This document shows positions 1-12,660 of a stretch of DNA of 64,000 nucleotides, piece by piece. The stretch comes from Lepidodermella squamata. Its lineage: Eukaryota > Animalia > Gastrotricha. The notes under the pieces are model-generated. The model was not told the origin of the DNA. It saw only the letters and a list, made by a program, of their open reading frames with translations, and did no database searches. A program made the translations under genes and the position numbers. The stretch covers positions 1,178,001 to 1,242,000 of the forward strand of contig JBLDXI010000009.1 of NCBI GenBank assembly GCA_047495785.1, written 5' to 3'. How positions within the stretch are numbered: position 1 is the stretch's first letter; each line of letters opens with the position of its first letter.

Positions 1-1354
1 CGGCTCGCCGTCTTGTCCCAAACAAAATCTCGTGCCTTTTATGACGACCATGTGAGCGGGAAGGTTAACACCCTGAGCCAAAGTGGTAGTAGAAACTGAA
101 GGCAAATACTTGGGTCAAAATTCAAGTGATTACAAAGCGAACTTACAAAGTGCTTTTATTTTCATGCCTCTAAAAAGCTCCTCGATAGTATTCCTTTCCT
201 TCTGGTTCAGTCCGGCATGGTGGAATGCTACGCCTCGCTCGACAACGCTTGCCAAAGTCGGATTTTCGGTCAGGGAATCGGAGGCTTCCTTCAAGTCTCT
301 TCTATCGGACTCGGAAATCGCGTACGGCTGATGGTCGGCAAAATACTTGGCAGTTTCTTCGGTCGACTTTCGGGACATGCAAAAGACCAATCCTGGCTTA
401 CCAGCGGAATATTGCTGCAAAACGCAGTTTGGTATCAAGAGACTTTTAGTTCGTGTTACCTTGTCTTACCTTGAAAATATCGGGCAGTCTACAGGTCAGA
501 ACTCTGTCGAAGTCACGGTCACTGTTAGAGATCGAAAAACCAATCACGTGTTTTTCAAGTTTCACCGGTCGAAAGGAATCATCGAAAAAGTATGACAGGC
601 TGTTTGGACCCAGCCATTCGTTGATATCAGTGACATTCTTGATCGTCGCCGATACGGCAACGATTCTCATGGGGAATTTTGAAGTATTTTGGAAGCTGAA
701 ATTATAGAAATTCAAACATAGAATAGTCATTTCGATTGAATGACTAACAATTTGATACGCGTTAGCAGCGCCTCCAGAGTCGCACCTCGAGATGAATCGC
801 CGATATTGTGGGCTTCGTCCACGAGGAACAACGTCGTTCATCAAAGAGCGATAGTTGCGGAAAATGGAATCAAGTTTTTCCGTGGTGCAGCAGATTACGT
901 CGTTTTTCTTTAGGTCAGCATATACTTTGCCCTTGTGGTCACCGGTGATCAGTTCCACCTTAAAGCCGCACAGCTGGCCTTTTCGCTGCCAATCGATAAA
1001 TTTCTCCGACGATAGAGTTTTAAGAGGAGCCACTGAAATGAAGAGTAGGTAACATTTGCTTATTACAAGCGAAGAGCTTACTGTAAAAAACGGACGGCTT
1101 GGGGCGATGGGGGTTCATGAGTGCTCGGATCATCGCTATCTCGAGCAGCGTGGTTTTACCGCACGATGTTGGTGCGCTGATCACGATATTTTTGTTCGAA
1201 CCGATCAGCTGACAATTTGTGTTGCAGTATATGATGATAAAATAGACCGGGTTCAACTCACGTCTTTCAGCACGATTTTTTGGAGCTGATGGAAATTCTT
1301 AAACTCAAACATCCGCGCGAATTCTGGCGGTATTTCGGTGCTGGATGAAGCCAT
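1..1354 (-). CDS. HFM1: HFM1/Mer3-like Ski2-family meiotic DNA helicase, copy A (5' part, continues beyond window; apparent frameshift at ~832)
   Basis: Inferred exons 1354-1262, 1208-1082, 1032-749, 695-470, 414-147, 95-<1 with GT-AG introns. Motifs: Walker A SAPTSCGKT, MAPLKTL, TTEKLDS, LFLVDEAH (831-808, in a shifted frame), AVSAT, FRPVKL, LVFCMSRK, GVAFHHAGL, STTTLAQGVNLPAHMVVIKGT. It could be a pseudogene, a null allele or an assembly error. Confidence 0.85.
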
Positions 1355-1652
1355 CAGGTACTGAATGTGTAAAAACGCCCTATTGCCAAGTTCTGATTAT
1401 CGTCAAAAATGGTAAAAATGTTATAGTTCTCTAAATTGAAGGAAAATGTTAAAAAAAGCAATTAGCATCTCGATGCCAAAGTGGCTATAGCAAGGAAAAT
1501 TAACGCAAGCATAACAATAAAATATTAACGAAATCGAGAGATATTACATCGTGGATTATCTAGATTATAGCCAAACTGTGAGAGATTTTGTCAACAGTTT
1601 CGCGGGGTCATATGGAGGTTACCAAGGAGGCATCAAGCAAAATCTACCACAG

Positions 1653-4053
1653 TTATAAAAAACCCTCAGGTAATTTAGATAGCAAAGATTCGTCGTCTTC
1701 GGAATCCTCGAAGGTTTCAGTACTTCCGACTTCTTTTGTGACCGTGAAAACGATGTCGTCGAGGCATGGTATTCGAGCCAATTTAGCGACAAACGACTCC
1801 TCATCTTCCGATTCGAAATCAAAATTGCGCTTGGCGGCTGCGTTCTTCATCGGAGTGGAGGTCTGAATAATCACATTTACCGAGTAATTCGGGCTAATAG
1901 TAGCTTCAACATCAACTCCAATTATTTCCAAGCTGATTAGTTGAGCTTTTATCGTCTCCGATCTTCCTAGACATTTTTCTTGGAAAGTCCACGAACCATT
2001 CCAGCTATTCAACATTTTTTCATCTCCGAACTCGAGAAATCTCAGGGCTGTCGAACTTTCAGATCCGCCTTAGAAAAAATGTAAAATAATGAAGAAAAAA
2101 TTGCCAACGACTTACTTAACACGAGAATCAGCTGGTGATTATCAGGCAACATCGAGCCATTTCGAACTTGCTGGGCATTGCGGATGCGGACGCAAACCTT
2201 TATCAAGGCGAAATCCGCTGCATAAGGAGGTAGCTGTTCAAGCTTTAGTTCGTACTCGGGCACACAGCGAGCCTTGCTAATTAAATTGAAAGCGAAGGTC
2301 CCCTTGCGGTTGCAAGCGATCTGTATGTCCATTGGCCTCGCTGAAGCCAGTAGCCTCCAGGATACGAAACCTGCGTTAGCTAAGCGTCGAGAGTAGTGGA
2401 CCCCGATTCCTTCAAGCTGTCGAGAATAGTAAGGGCTGTCGTGCCACAAGTGCTTGTGCATGATCTTGAAGAAAATGCAAACGGCGCATATTACATTGGT
2501 CTGTTTTTCCGAAAGAAGCTGCACAATTTCAAGCAGGCACCTGGCTATCCTTGCCCCGATTACTAACATTTTCTTTATTTCAGCGGCCAGCGACTTGTCG
2601 AGCTCTTCGCCAGATAGCACAGCTTGGAGTCCAATAAAAACCGTTGTCTCTAAAAGGTTCAATGTGACTGGTAGTTCGAACCGATTGAAATGCTCGAAAT
2701 TTCTCAGGTATTCAGGATCAATTTCCGCCACGGCCAATAAGGACAGCTCAGCGCTATCAGCCAGGAGCTGAAAGAGATCGCGAAGTTCAAGTTTGGGATT
2801 AGCCGATGCTTCCATGACACTTTTCATTGTCTTGTAGGAAATGGGGAGCGTAGCCATGACGTGACCAATCGGGGTTGATGAAACGAAATCGTCCCCATCT
2901 GGGCTGAATTTGATGAAATCAGCCGATGCCAAATTTTCCAAAGATCTATCGACTTGGTTGCAGGCAAATCGATCTGCGACTTCGGACAATGACTCGCCAT
3001 GCGACGCGAAGGCGAATTCGCTACTTGATGACGATTCAGATGACTCGGTTTGGTCGATATAATGATTGGTATTTTTGAACAGCCGCGTATAAAGAAACGA
3101 ACTTCTCACAAAGTTATAGCCTTCCTTGATAGATTTGATGTTTCCAAGGTCTATCTCTGCCATCAAAACATCTGCGCAAAAATATGAATTCGAAACAGTT
3201 CTATGATACGATAAACGAACCATTCATAAAGCGAAAAAGGCATGATTCAACCGGTTGTAACAAATCGGAACGATGAAGATCATCGATCGAGTAAGATCGG
3301 CAGTCTGGGCCAAGCCACTGGCTGAAATCAGATACGTTTGCGATAGCAGCCGAAGAACCGGCGACTATGCGAATTCGAGGCCCCGAAGATTTTCCCGACC
3401 TTAGAGGAATATTTAAAATTTCAACTGCAAAGGGTAAAATCAGTCACTCACAAATTTATTCGAGTTAGCATAGCTTCCAAGGTTGGTCCCGTTAAGGGCT
3501 CTGCGACCGCCTCAAGCCCATCAACCACAACAAGCGATATTTTCTGCATCAGGGATCGTCGATCTCGAAGAAGCGTGTCTGCTGTTTCGATGGTGCAGCA
3601 GACGATATCGCTTCTCTTCAATTCACCATATGGAGGAACCATGTAATCCGTTGTGACTTTCGTCACAGTAAAATCGCATCTCTTGCCCTTCTCAGCCAAA
3701 TCAAGATATTTATCGGATGATTCTGCTTGCCAGGAGGAAACTGAGAAAAATGATTACTCAAATGTTCGTAAAATAAAAAATCAGAGCTTTACTATAGATA
3801 ACTGAAGGCTTGGGCCGCTGCTGTCTTGATAAAGCTCGAACTAAAGCTAGGTCAAATAGCGTATGTATGCAAGATGCTGATGCGCTAATAACGATGTTTT
3901 GATCCGATTCAATCAACTGCAGGTAAAATATCAAGTATGAATTATCAACTATCAATTTTTGGAACCCACTTCTTTGGATACGATCTTCTGAAATTCGGAA
4001 AACTTTGTATTAGAGAACATCGGTGCGAAATTTCGGGGGATATCTGGCTGCAT
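1653..4053 (-). CDS. HFM1/Mer3-like paralog, copy B: inactive helicase (degenerate RecA1 + winged helix + Sec63/Ig-like + acidic tail; RecA2 absent)
   Basis: Inferred exons 4053-3970, 3916-3793, 3740-3452, 3399-3221, 3171-2116, 2068-1653 join into one open frame. The first three intron positions match copy A. WH/Sec63 motifs: PVESCL..DVLMAEI, FVRSSFLYTRLFKNTNHY, TPIGHVMA, LWHDSPYYSRQLEGIG, LISLEIIGVDV. Walker A reads SASASCIHT and Walker B reads VVVDGLE. Confidence 0.85.
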
Positions 4054-4370
4054 CTCCGCTAGTCAGCTTTCAGCTTCTCTTTGTCAATCAAATGTTAAAC
4101 TGGACTACGCGAAAAAGAAGCAAGGGAGTTACGGGTAAACAACAGTTTATTACACGATTCCTTCCGTCGCATTTATCAAACCGGAACCATTAGCATGCCA
4201 TCAATACCATCATCATTATGTTAGCGCACCATTACAAACCACTGCAGAGTTTATGACATGGATCATCACTGAACAAGGAAAGAAAATTTTACGAGCATCA
4301 GACCTCACAAGGGTTTATTTTAACATGATTATCATGAATCAAATTCAGTTCGCTTCGAAAGCTGCTTTCA

Positions 4371-7300
4371 TCATCCGTCCAAGTGGTTGTGTTTCTCGCC
4401 GTGAACTTGATACATGTGCTCCAAGTATCTGAAAATTTTGAATTATTTTTCATCATTTCACTGTAGGTTTCAAATAATCAAATACCGCTGCTGGCACTCG
4501 GACATGATTTGGCGTCTCGATTCAGAGTCGTGACCCATTTTGTAAATGCACTAAATAACGCAACGCATTTAATTTCAGTCAACACGAACTGCACACAGGT
4601 ATTAATTACCATAAATATCAGCAGGTGCAGGGCCAGCGCGTAGAAGAAAGCGATTGTACGCGCGACGGCATTTCGCAGCACCAATCGGCTCTAAGAATCA
4701 AAATGTTATCATTGTATATGCAAATAAATCGCCATGGCTATTATTAAAACAATTGAACTAACAAATCCAAGCGTTATCTTTTCATGCGGCCGCAATTGTT
4801 GATAGCTATTTGCTCGCTCTGCTTGCCGGAACCGGTTGAAAGGGTCAATACGCTCTTCGTAAGCCGACGAATAACGCGATTCAACATCGCCACGCTGCAA
4901 CAAATTTTATAATTAGCCGAAAACAAACATATATAAACCGCACTCAATTGTCGCCGCGCGCGCGGCATTTTGTTGTGTTTACCTGATGTGATGTCGCCGC
5001 GGCGGAACGAGATTGAAGAAATTTGACTTTCTCATACATGGCCACGTTGTCTTGGCGCGACTGATTCAGCTCTGCTTCCAAATGCTGTATGGCCTGCTGC
5101 TTTGAAACAAGTTGCTACGGTGGTGATACAGCGTATAGACCACATAGAAAAACACGAGATATTAAACTCACGGATTCAAGCTCCTGAGCGTGCATTCGAA
5201 AGCGTTCTCGCTGCTTCTGAACAATAGGAAGCAAATTGGCAGCCGCCTGTGGATCTTATTACATAAATGCGATAGAAATTTCTCATGTATCAAATAAAAG
5301 TATAATAGTATACCGAGCGAACTTTTCGCGGACGCATCTTCGCCTCTGCCGGCAAATTGCTATAGAAACAAAACACCTTAAAAGATGCACTTGAACACGA
5401 AGCGTCACGAACCTCGCTAATCGGTATGGTTTGCTCGGGCGTCTGCTGCTTCAGCGTGGTGGTATTCACCTGACGTAAATCTTCTTCAAGGTGCGCGATA
5501 ATCTTGTTTTTCTCCGCCAAAGTGGCACTCAGCTGCGAGCACAGCGATTCAGCTTGCGAGAAAGAAGCTGCCAAAAACAGGAACAAACAGGAGCATAATT
5601 ATCATTTCATCAATTATTTTATAATTGAATTGATTTTGGTTGTAAATCATCACATCGTCGAGTGCCCCCGAGTTAATAACAATCCTACTTCACCCAACAC
5701 CAGTTTTCCAGAGTTAAACACCCTATATGATTGAACAAGCGGAAAAATCACACGAATGTAATTAATATCATCATCTTGCATTATTTATTAATTTCTCAGC
5801 AGCATAAAAAACAAGAAACAAGCGCCGTAGAGTCTCGATTATCGTCAATCTTTGTCTTTCCTATAACCAACAACCACAACTGAAATTGGTTTGCATACAC
5901 GAGCCAAGAAAGATATACATATACTATAGATATATATGCTTGCCGCGGTGATGGTCGTCATCGGGCAACGCATTTAAAGATTTACACGATTCGTGTTTGC
6001 GGTTTCCGTGCGAGCAGCCAATCAAAAAATGATCAATTACCGTTCAGGTCGATACTTGATTAGCCAGTAATAATCATAAATAATATACTTTGCAATAATA
6101 ATATTATCGTAATAATATTTTTCAGCGCACAATTTTAATCACCATATCATGCTGCGTCGGCATGCAAGATAAAAACGAAGCAGAAAAAATCCGTCAATTA
6201 CACATGGTTACCGTGTAGCCTTTCGTTAAAACGATTCTCAAATTGTATGATTGAGGAATAACGATATAATAATTATATTAGCGTGGAAGATGAGGAATGA
6301 TTCCGTAACAATACCTGCGGGCGCACAAAACACGCGCGTCCCGCTCGCGATAAACATAAAAATTTTAGGCTACGATGATAGAATAATTGATATTATTATT
6401 TAGAGATATTCGAAGCAGCGTGCATACGTGAAGTTGTTATTTTAAAACCAATTGAAAGTTAAATAATCATCTTTTCATCAATAAAAGTACATATAGCCGT
6501 GATTTGCAATCATCAATATCATTTAGTCGTTTCGAAATAGCGTAAGTATACATATTGATTTCTCGAAAAATAGGCAAATCGTCAAATCAATAATAATATT
6601 ATCATTTTGCCACACTTTATGCTTCATAAAATTTGGTGCGCTCACAACACCCTGAATCTTTCAATATTTTAAAATCATTCTTCAATATATAATATAATAT
6701 AATTTTGAATATATCGGAAATCTTTCAAAAAACGAGATAAGATGGGTACTTAGTGTACGAGGAATGCTTGAAAAATTGTGTGTTCAAGTGGTGCGCTGCT
6801 ACAGGTAGGTAGCATTAATACGATCTTCCATCATTCGAATGTTGTATGATGCTATTTACAATGTACACAACGATGTGGTGACGCAGGTAATTTTAAAAAG
6901 CACTAGTCATGCTGCGGTAGCAGTACTGCGCAAGTGTTTGTATAATATATATGAATTCTGTTCGAAAAAGTTTACTGCCCGTTTAACGTACAGATTGTTT
7001 TGCAACGCCGGCATGTCACCGCCTTGAAGCGTTGCTGACTGAGAACATGTTGTTTGACGCGATAAAAGAACGAAAAAAATTGTATAAAATCGGTTAAATA
7101 CGGGTACGCTGAGTTGAAGAAGAAGAAGATGAAGAAGACATAGTTAAATCAGGCGAGTGAAAATTGTTCGCTCCACGTATTGCCACTAAATGAAATCGAA
7201 TCGGAGCGAGAATAATCACAAACCAGAGCAACTGTTTAAAAGCAATGTGAAGGTGATTTGTTTAAAATAGCTGTGCGATGAGATAATAAGTCGCAGCGTC

Positions 7301-10300
7301 TAATGCCTAGAGGAACTAAACTATCATCATTGGTCTGTGTGTTGATTAAACTGGCGGGCGGTTTTCTGTTTTCTTTTCACTGGTCCCCGCCGCCGCAAAC
7401 GCCAACGGGTTCGCAAGGACGGTCTAGGTGGTTGATCAGAGCAGCGGCACCGCCGTCTTCTTCTTCGGCATCCCACGCCATTGCTTCGTCCGAAACCCGA
7501 TTTTCAGCTGGGTCTACCCTCGCTTCAGATGAGGTAGAAGGCGAGCGGCTGAAAAAAATGAAAAATTTAATGAAAAAATAGTTCGGTGAAATTCCAAATC
7601 AAACAAACCATAGGTCCGGAAACTTTTCACCCGGAGCGTCATCCTCCATAGCAGTGGCCAAATTCCAAGCACCTCCATTCGGCGCTTCATCGTTAACGAA
7701 GGCTGGCGTGGGTGAGCTGGGATTCGCAACTCGTTTCGACGGATTGGCACTTTTCCGTTTCGATGAGCGGAAGACTGGGGCTTGATGCACCGGTTCCTCC
7801 TCGGTAATGGGAGGCGAGGGTTGCGACAAGTCGGTGGCAAAGTTCGGCGGTAGATCTGACAAGTCAACTGGTTCGTTTTTCGCCGATGGAACACGCGAGC
7901 CGCCGTTAGCGGACAAGTTGGTCCCGCTGGTTGACAGCGACGAGCTACGGTTCAGTCCCAAGTAGTGAGCAGGAGGTGGGGTCGACCCGTTATCGAACGA
8001 AGATGATGAAGACAAACTGGCACTTGGGATCGTAAAATCTATCGAGGAATAACTTTTATAAAGCCGAGACAACATATTCCAGATAAAATTACTTTGAATG
8101 ACAGTTGAGACCTGTCCCATATTTTGCTGCACGATTTGCTGTTCTTGAAGCCAAGAGAAGAAAGCGGCCATTTGTTCGTGACCCGACAGGGGCGGCCGGC
8201 CGTCACCGGTCTCTTTCGGCGAAACGAGCGCTGTCAATACGATTGCCTGCGAAGTCTCATTGCCGAGGCCAGGCAATGTGAACGGCTGCAGGGGCAAATT
8301 CGACCCGCTGCTGGCAGCCGCATCCAGCAACCGTTTCGGCGGCGGTAGAAGTTGGAATGCGAGTTCAGGATCATACAACCACAAAAACATTCGAATGTAG
8401 GGCTCACGACCTTTCAGCGTCAACTGCGCCCACGGTTTGGGCCTGTTTAACAAATCACTAACCGATCCCTAGGAAAAAATGGAAATTGAAAAAACTGCAA
8501 GTGACAAACACCTTAAAATTACCTGAGACATGCCTAAAACTTGTTCGGCAAAAACTTTCTGACCAACGCCAAACTGTGACAAAACGTCTTTAATTTGCTG
8601 AGCCACCGCTTCGGTTTTCAATTCGAAGGCAGCGCGGAGATCAAACCCAGCCGGGCCGATTGGGCCGTTGCCGGGCGACAAGTTGTTCGATTTGCTCGGG
8701 CCTAGCGACTGACGTTTCGGTGCACTGTGCGCCACGATAGGCGAAGACGGCCGCTTCATTCCGCTATTTGTGCTGAACGCCATTGAAATCGGCTCTTCAC
8801 TCATCGCATCAACTGGCGACTGCGCGGCGGGGGAAGATGCTCCAGATGGCTCGAAAGGATTACCTCCGACATTTCCGCTGCTTGGCAATAACGGCTGGAA
8901 AGATGACAAGTGACACTCGGAACATTCTTTCCGCGCAAGCCTATGGTGAAAAAATAATTAAAAATCCACCTTAATATTAGTTGAAAACACGAACTTGTGA
9001 ATCGCATGAGGGTCGTCCAAAAATATCGCCATTCTGATAAAAGGTTCGCGACCCTTGTTAGTTAACTGGCCCCACGGTTTCGGGCGGGATAGCTATAATA
9101 AAGAAATTATAATAACAAAATAAACGGGTAGTTATTTAATTTACCATATCAGATACTGAGCCTTGACTTAGTCCGAGTGTTTGTTCGCCAAACAGCCGTT
9201 GCGAGATGCCATATTGAGCCAGCAGATTTTTGATGCGCCGAACAAGCAGTTCAGTGTTAAGTTCCGCGTAACGGTCGAAGTCCTCTTGACTAACTGGAGG
9301 CAGCGATGGTTTTTGGAAGGTGGACGACGCCGACGCCATCGACTGGGCGGCCGATGACATGGCGGTGAGCGGCAGCGGTTTGGCGCCGAACCCGCCCGAG
9401 GACTGATGGGCAGGCAGCGGCGTGTTGGTCGCTGACGATGAAAGCGAGTCTTGGTACGACGAATCATTGTAACTAAATAGTGGAAGCGCGTTATTCGACG
9501 CCATGTTCGACGACGATACTGAAAGATCAAACGGCTTTGTGGCAGGAGAAGCCATTTTGTTGACCATGGGAGGCTTAATTCTACAGAAAAAAATGAATTA
9601 AAAACTAGAAAAAATCGACTGAAATCGCATGCATACTTGTTCGCTGAAGACGATAACGCAGCTGATTTACCACCGAATAGCGGGGTTCCTCGAGCCGGCT
9701 GATTAGGAGTGAAAGGCGAAGGTGTAAGACGCGGCGCCGCCTGGTTCTGAGAACTGCTGTTCGATGCCGGTGTCTGCAGGCCAAAAGTCGACAAAATGTC
9801 AGACGGCATCGTGTCGATCATTCGAATGCGCTCGTCCAACTTGGCCACCTCTTCGTTGTAGACCGCCTGTTGCTCGGTGTTGCCGTTCTTCTCCGCCGCC
9901 TGCATCAACTTGACCAGTTCCTGGCGCTGGACACTCGCGACGTAGCGCGCGATGTCCCGCAAGGACTTGTGCTGATCGGACAACGATTCGGACTGGCCCG
10001 ATGACTGGAGGTTGTTCGCGGGGGTTGTCAAACCAAGAGGTTTCGTCGAGTAATTTGCACCATTTTGACCGTCATAATCCGAAAAATCTTGCTCCTTCTA
10101 GCAAAAATATTCAAATCAAGAAATTGGAATGGGTTTGGTAACTAACCATCATTTCTTCGCGAGCATCTTCGAGAATTTTCGAAATTTTCTGTTCAGTTTC
10201 AACGTCTTCAACCGCTTTAGCAGTCAGGTTAGCACCAGGTGGACCCTTGCTGCGGGGTGCGAGGTCCTTGAGCTCTTGCAGGCAGTTCGGATTCGAAATC

Positions 10301-12573
10301 CAGACCGCCATTCGCCGGTACGACTCTTTGCCTTTTTCAGTTAACTTGCGCCACGGCTTCGGCTTGCTCAACAACTCGGAAACAGTGCCCTGGGACAAAT
10401 TCAGGACGTATTTCGCGAACAAACGCTGACCAATACTGTTGGCAAGGAGCATTTCACGAACTTGCTGTGCAAGTGTGCAAGTGTCGATTTCCTGTAATAA
10501 CAAAAACACACGTAATCAATAATTCAACACGTAATCACTCGAAAAATTACATCGCCGGGCGCTGGGCTGAAATTCTGCCATTGCATCGCAAAAATCGGGG
10601 TTGTTGCATTGCTTGACAAGTTGATGGCGTTAGTTGTCGCGGGCGACTGAGGCGACGAAACTGCAGCCATTTCGTCGGAGTAAGCCGGGCGTTTCATGCT
10701 CAGGTTCGTCGCGACATTGACGGCCGGCGAGCGGGAGGTTAGCGACGGAGGGTAGGCATTCGAGTTGTTAGCACCAGCCACACTACCAGTCGATGGGGAA
10801 GACGATTCATGAGCCGCCGACATGGGCGACGAGATACCGGACCACGACCCGGTTGCACCCGGTAGCTTCTTGGTGCCCAGGTTCGCAACGGCGCCCAGGC
10901 CGTTGGAGCTGTTCAGCTTCGCCCGCGCAGCAGCCGCCGCGGCAACAGCGGCCGACGCCGGCGTGACTTTGGACTGCGGTTGTAGCTGTTGTTGCTGTTG
11001 TTGGCGCTTGACGGCGGTTAGTTGTCCTTCAAACAAATTCAGCAGCATTATACAGCAGCTTGTGGCACGCCATCATCACAGCGCATTCTTTTCATCACCA
11101 CCAGACAACACCACAGCTAGCAGCTGAAACCAGAAAGCTGCCTAGCCTAACAATTAACAACTACCCCCGCTCTATGCATACTACCCAACTCGAAGGCACA
11201 GACGATGTCATTGATGGTCAAATTTTGGGGCAAAAAAAGGTTGAAAAAAATCAACGTACTTTGTAGTTGTTCATTAGCAGCACGAAGTTGAACAACGGTC
11301 GACTGTAAATTCTTGTTTTTCTCCGCGAAAAGTAACTCAACGGGTTGGTTAAGCGAAGAACCAGCAGTATCGTCCAAGCCGGGGGTTTGAGACTGAGATA
11401 GACCGCCAAACTCGATCGACTTCAACATTCTAAATACCGAAAATTTGATTAAAATAAACGAAAGATTTCTTTTTCTAGGGACTTACTCTAATTCGCGCTT
11501 GACATCCTCGTAGTCGCTCTGTTCCTTGAGGCGCTGTTCAGCACTGCTAAGCTGCGCTGTCTTGTTCGACAACTCGCGCTCGTGGTTGCGCACCTGCTCA
11601 GAGGTGGTCACTCGCAGCGCGTTGAGACTCGACTGCAGGCGGTGGACGTCTTCAAGGAGGCGCGAAATCTCCTTCTCGCGCGATCCAAGCTCGTTCTGCA
11701 GGCGCTCGGTCTCACTGAGACCTTCTACACCGGTTTGATCTTCACCCGCAGTTCGAGACATTTGAGACGTGCGAAGCTGTTCTCGCAGCCGCACAACCTC
11801 CATCTCAGCAGCAGCGGCGCGCTCGTTCGTTTTGTCGAGTTCGCCGAGCAGCATGTCCATCTCGGAACTTTGAGCCGCGCTCCGCTCGTCCAGCTTATTC
11901 TTCGCCTCCAACAACTCGGCCTGAGCGGCGGAGAGGCTGCTTTGTAATGTGGACGCGCGGTGTTCGACTTCAAGTTGCCGCCGGACCGCCTCCTGAACAG
12001 CCTCGTCGGCCTCGCGCTCCTTCTCGGCGAACTTGCGCACCAAGTCGGTTTCGCGGTCCCGCAGCGCCGCCTGCACCTTCGCCTCCATGGTCTCCTCGAG
12101 CTGTTTCAGCTTCTCCTTCAAGCTGCGAATCGTGTACTCCTGGTTCCGCACCTCGCCAAGTTCACTGTTGTACTGATCCAGGGTTTCGCGTAGTTGCTTG
12201 TTTTCGATTTCTAAATCGGTGGAGCGCGTGTTGCGCTTGTTCAGGCTCTGCACGTGCTCGTACAACGGGTACAAGTCTGGAATGCCGATGACGCGCTTGT
12301 ACACCGCTAAGAAGGCAGCTTCGGCCAGACGGCTGCGCCGCGATAGATTATCGACTTCGGTCTGAAAACTTTTGAATAACGGAGCAGCGGCCTTGCGAAC
12401 GTCCTACAACACAACAACCGGTAATGATGGGCAAGTGTTACGCAACGGGTAAACAAACGCACCTCGGACGCTACTTGTCGAAATTCTTTGCTTTGCTCGA
12501 CAAGAGCACGTCGACCAGCGTCGCTCTCTTCCTGACGAGCAGCCAATTCAGTGGCGGTTGCATCGAGTTCACG
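4371..12573 (-). CDS. CUX1: CASP golgin isoform of the cut/CUX1 locus (first coding exon not identified)
   Basis: Shared coiled-coil exons run from 12573 ([31 protein letters not shown]) to 11260 (phase 1 donor), then splice to CASP-specific exons 5567-4371. These include [39 protein letters not shown] and the C-terminal [19 protein letters not shown] with the conserved Tyr and His. Ends ...[24 protein letters not shown] on - at 4152-4147. Confidence 0.9.
5784..5789 (-). terminator. Candidate poly(A) signal of the Cux isoform (ends a ~1.6 kb 3' UTR, lies inside a CASP intron)
   Basis: AATAAA on the - strand about 215 nt before the first CASP-specific acceptor (5568). The AT-rich sequence 5790-7376 has no credible ORF. 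Confidence 0.5.
7377..12573 (-). CDS. CUX1: Cut/CUX transcription factor isoform: coiled coil + three CUT repeats, no recognisable homeodomain
   Basis: Same 5' exons as CASP, then acceptor at 11027 (phase 1). CUT1 ~10490-10290 ([39 protein letters not shown]). CUT2 ~9270-9010 ([42 protein letters not shown]). CUT3 ~8625-8370 ([42 protein letters not shown]). Last exon 7548-7377. Confidence 0.9.
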
Positions 12574-12660
12574 CTATAAAAGAGTAAGAAAAAACGATGA
12601 TGATGATGACGATGAGTGATTCGCTCTAAAATCAGGAAGAAGATTTGATAAAAACTCGTG

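Noticed and set aside
8039-8210. Calling [13 protein letters not shown]...[18 protein letters not shown] a functional homeodomain
   Set aside because: About 10 residues short, lacks WF-N, and the last part lies in a probable 54-nt intron. At most a relic.
11039-11100. GTGATGA...CTGA on the - strand in a 233-nt cut intron, like a C/D snoRNA
   Set aside because: No terminal stem, no recognisable rRNA guide, and box D would be only ~12 nt from the acceptor.
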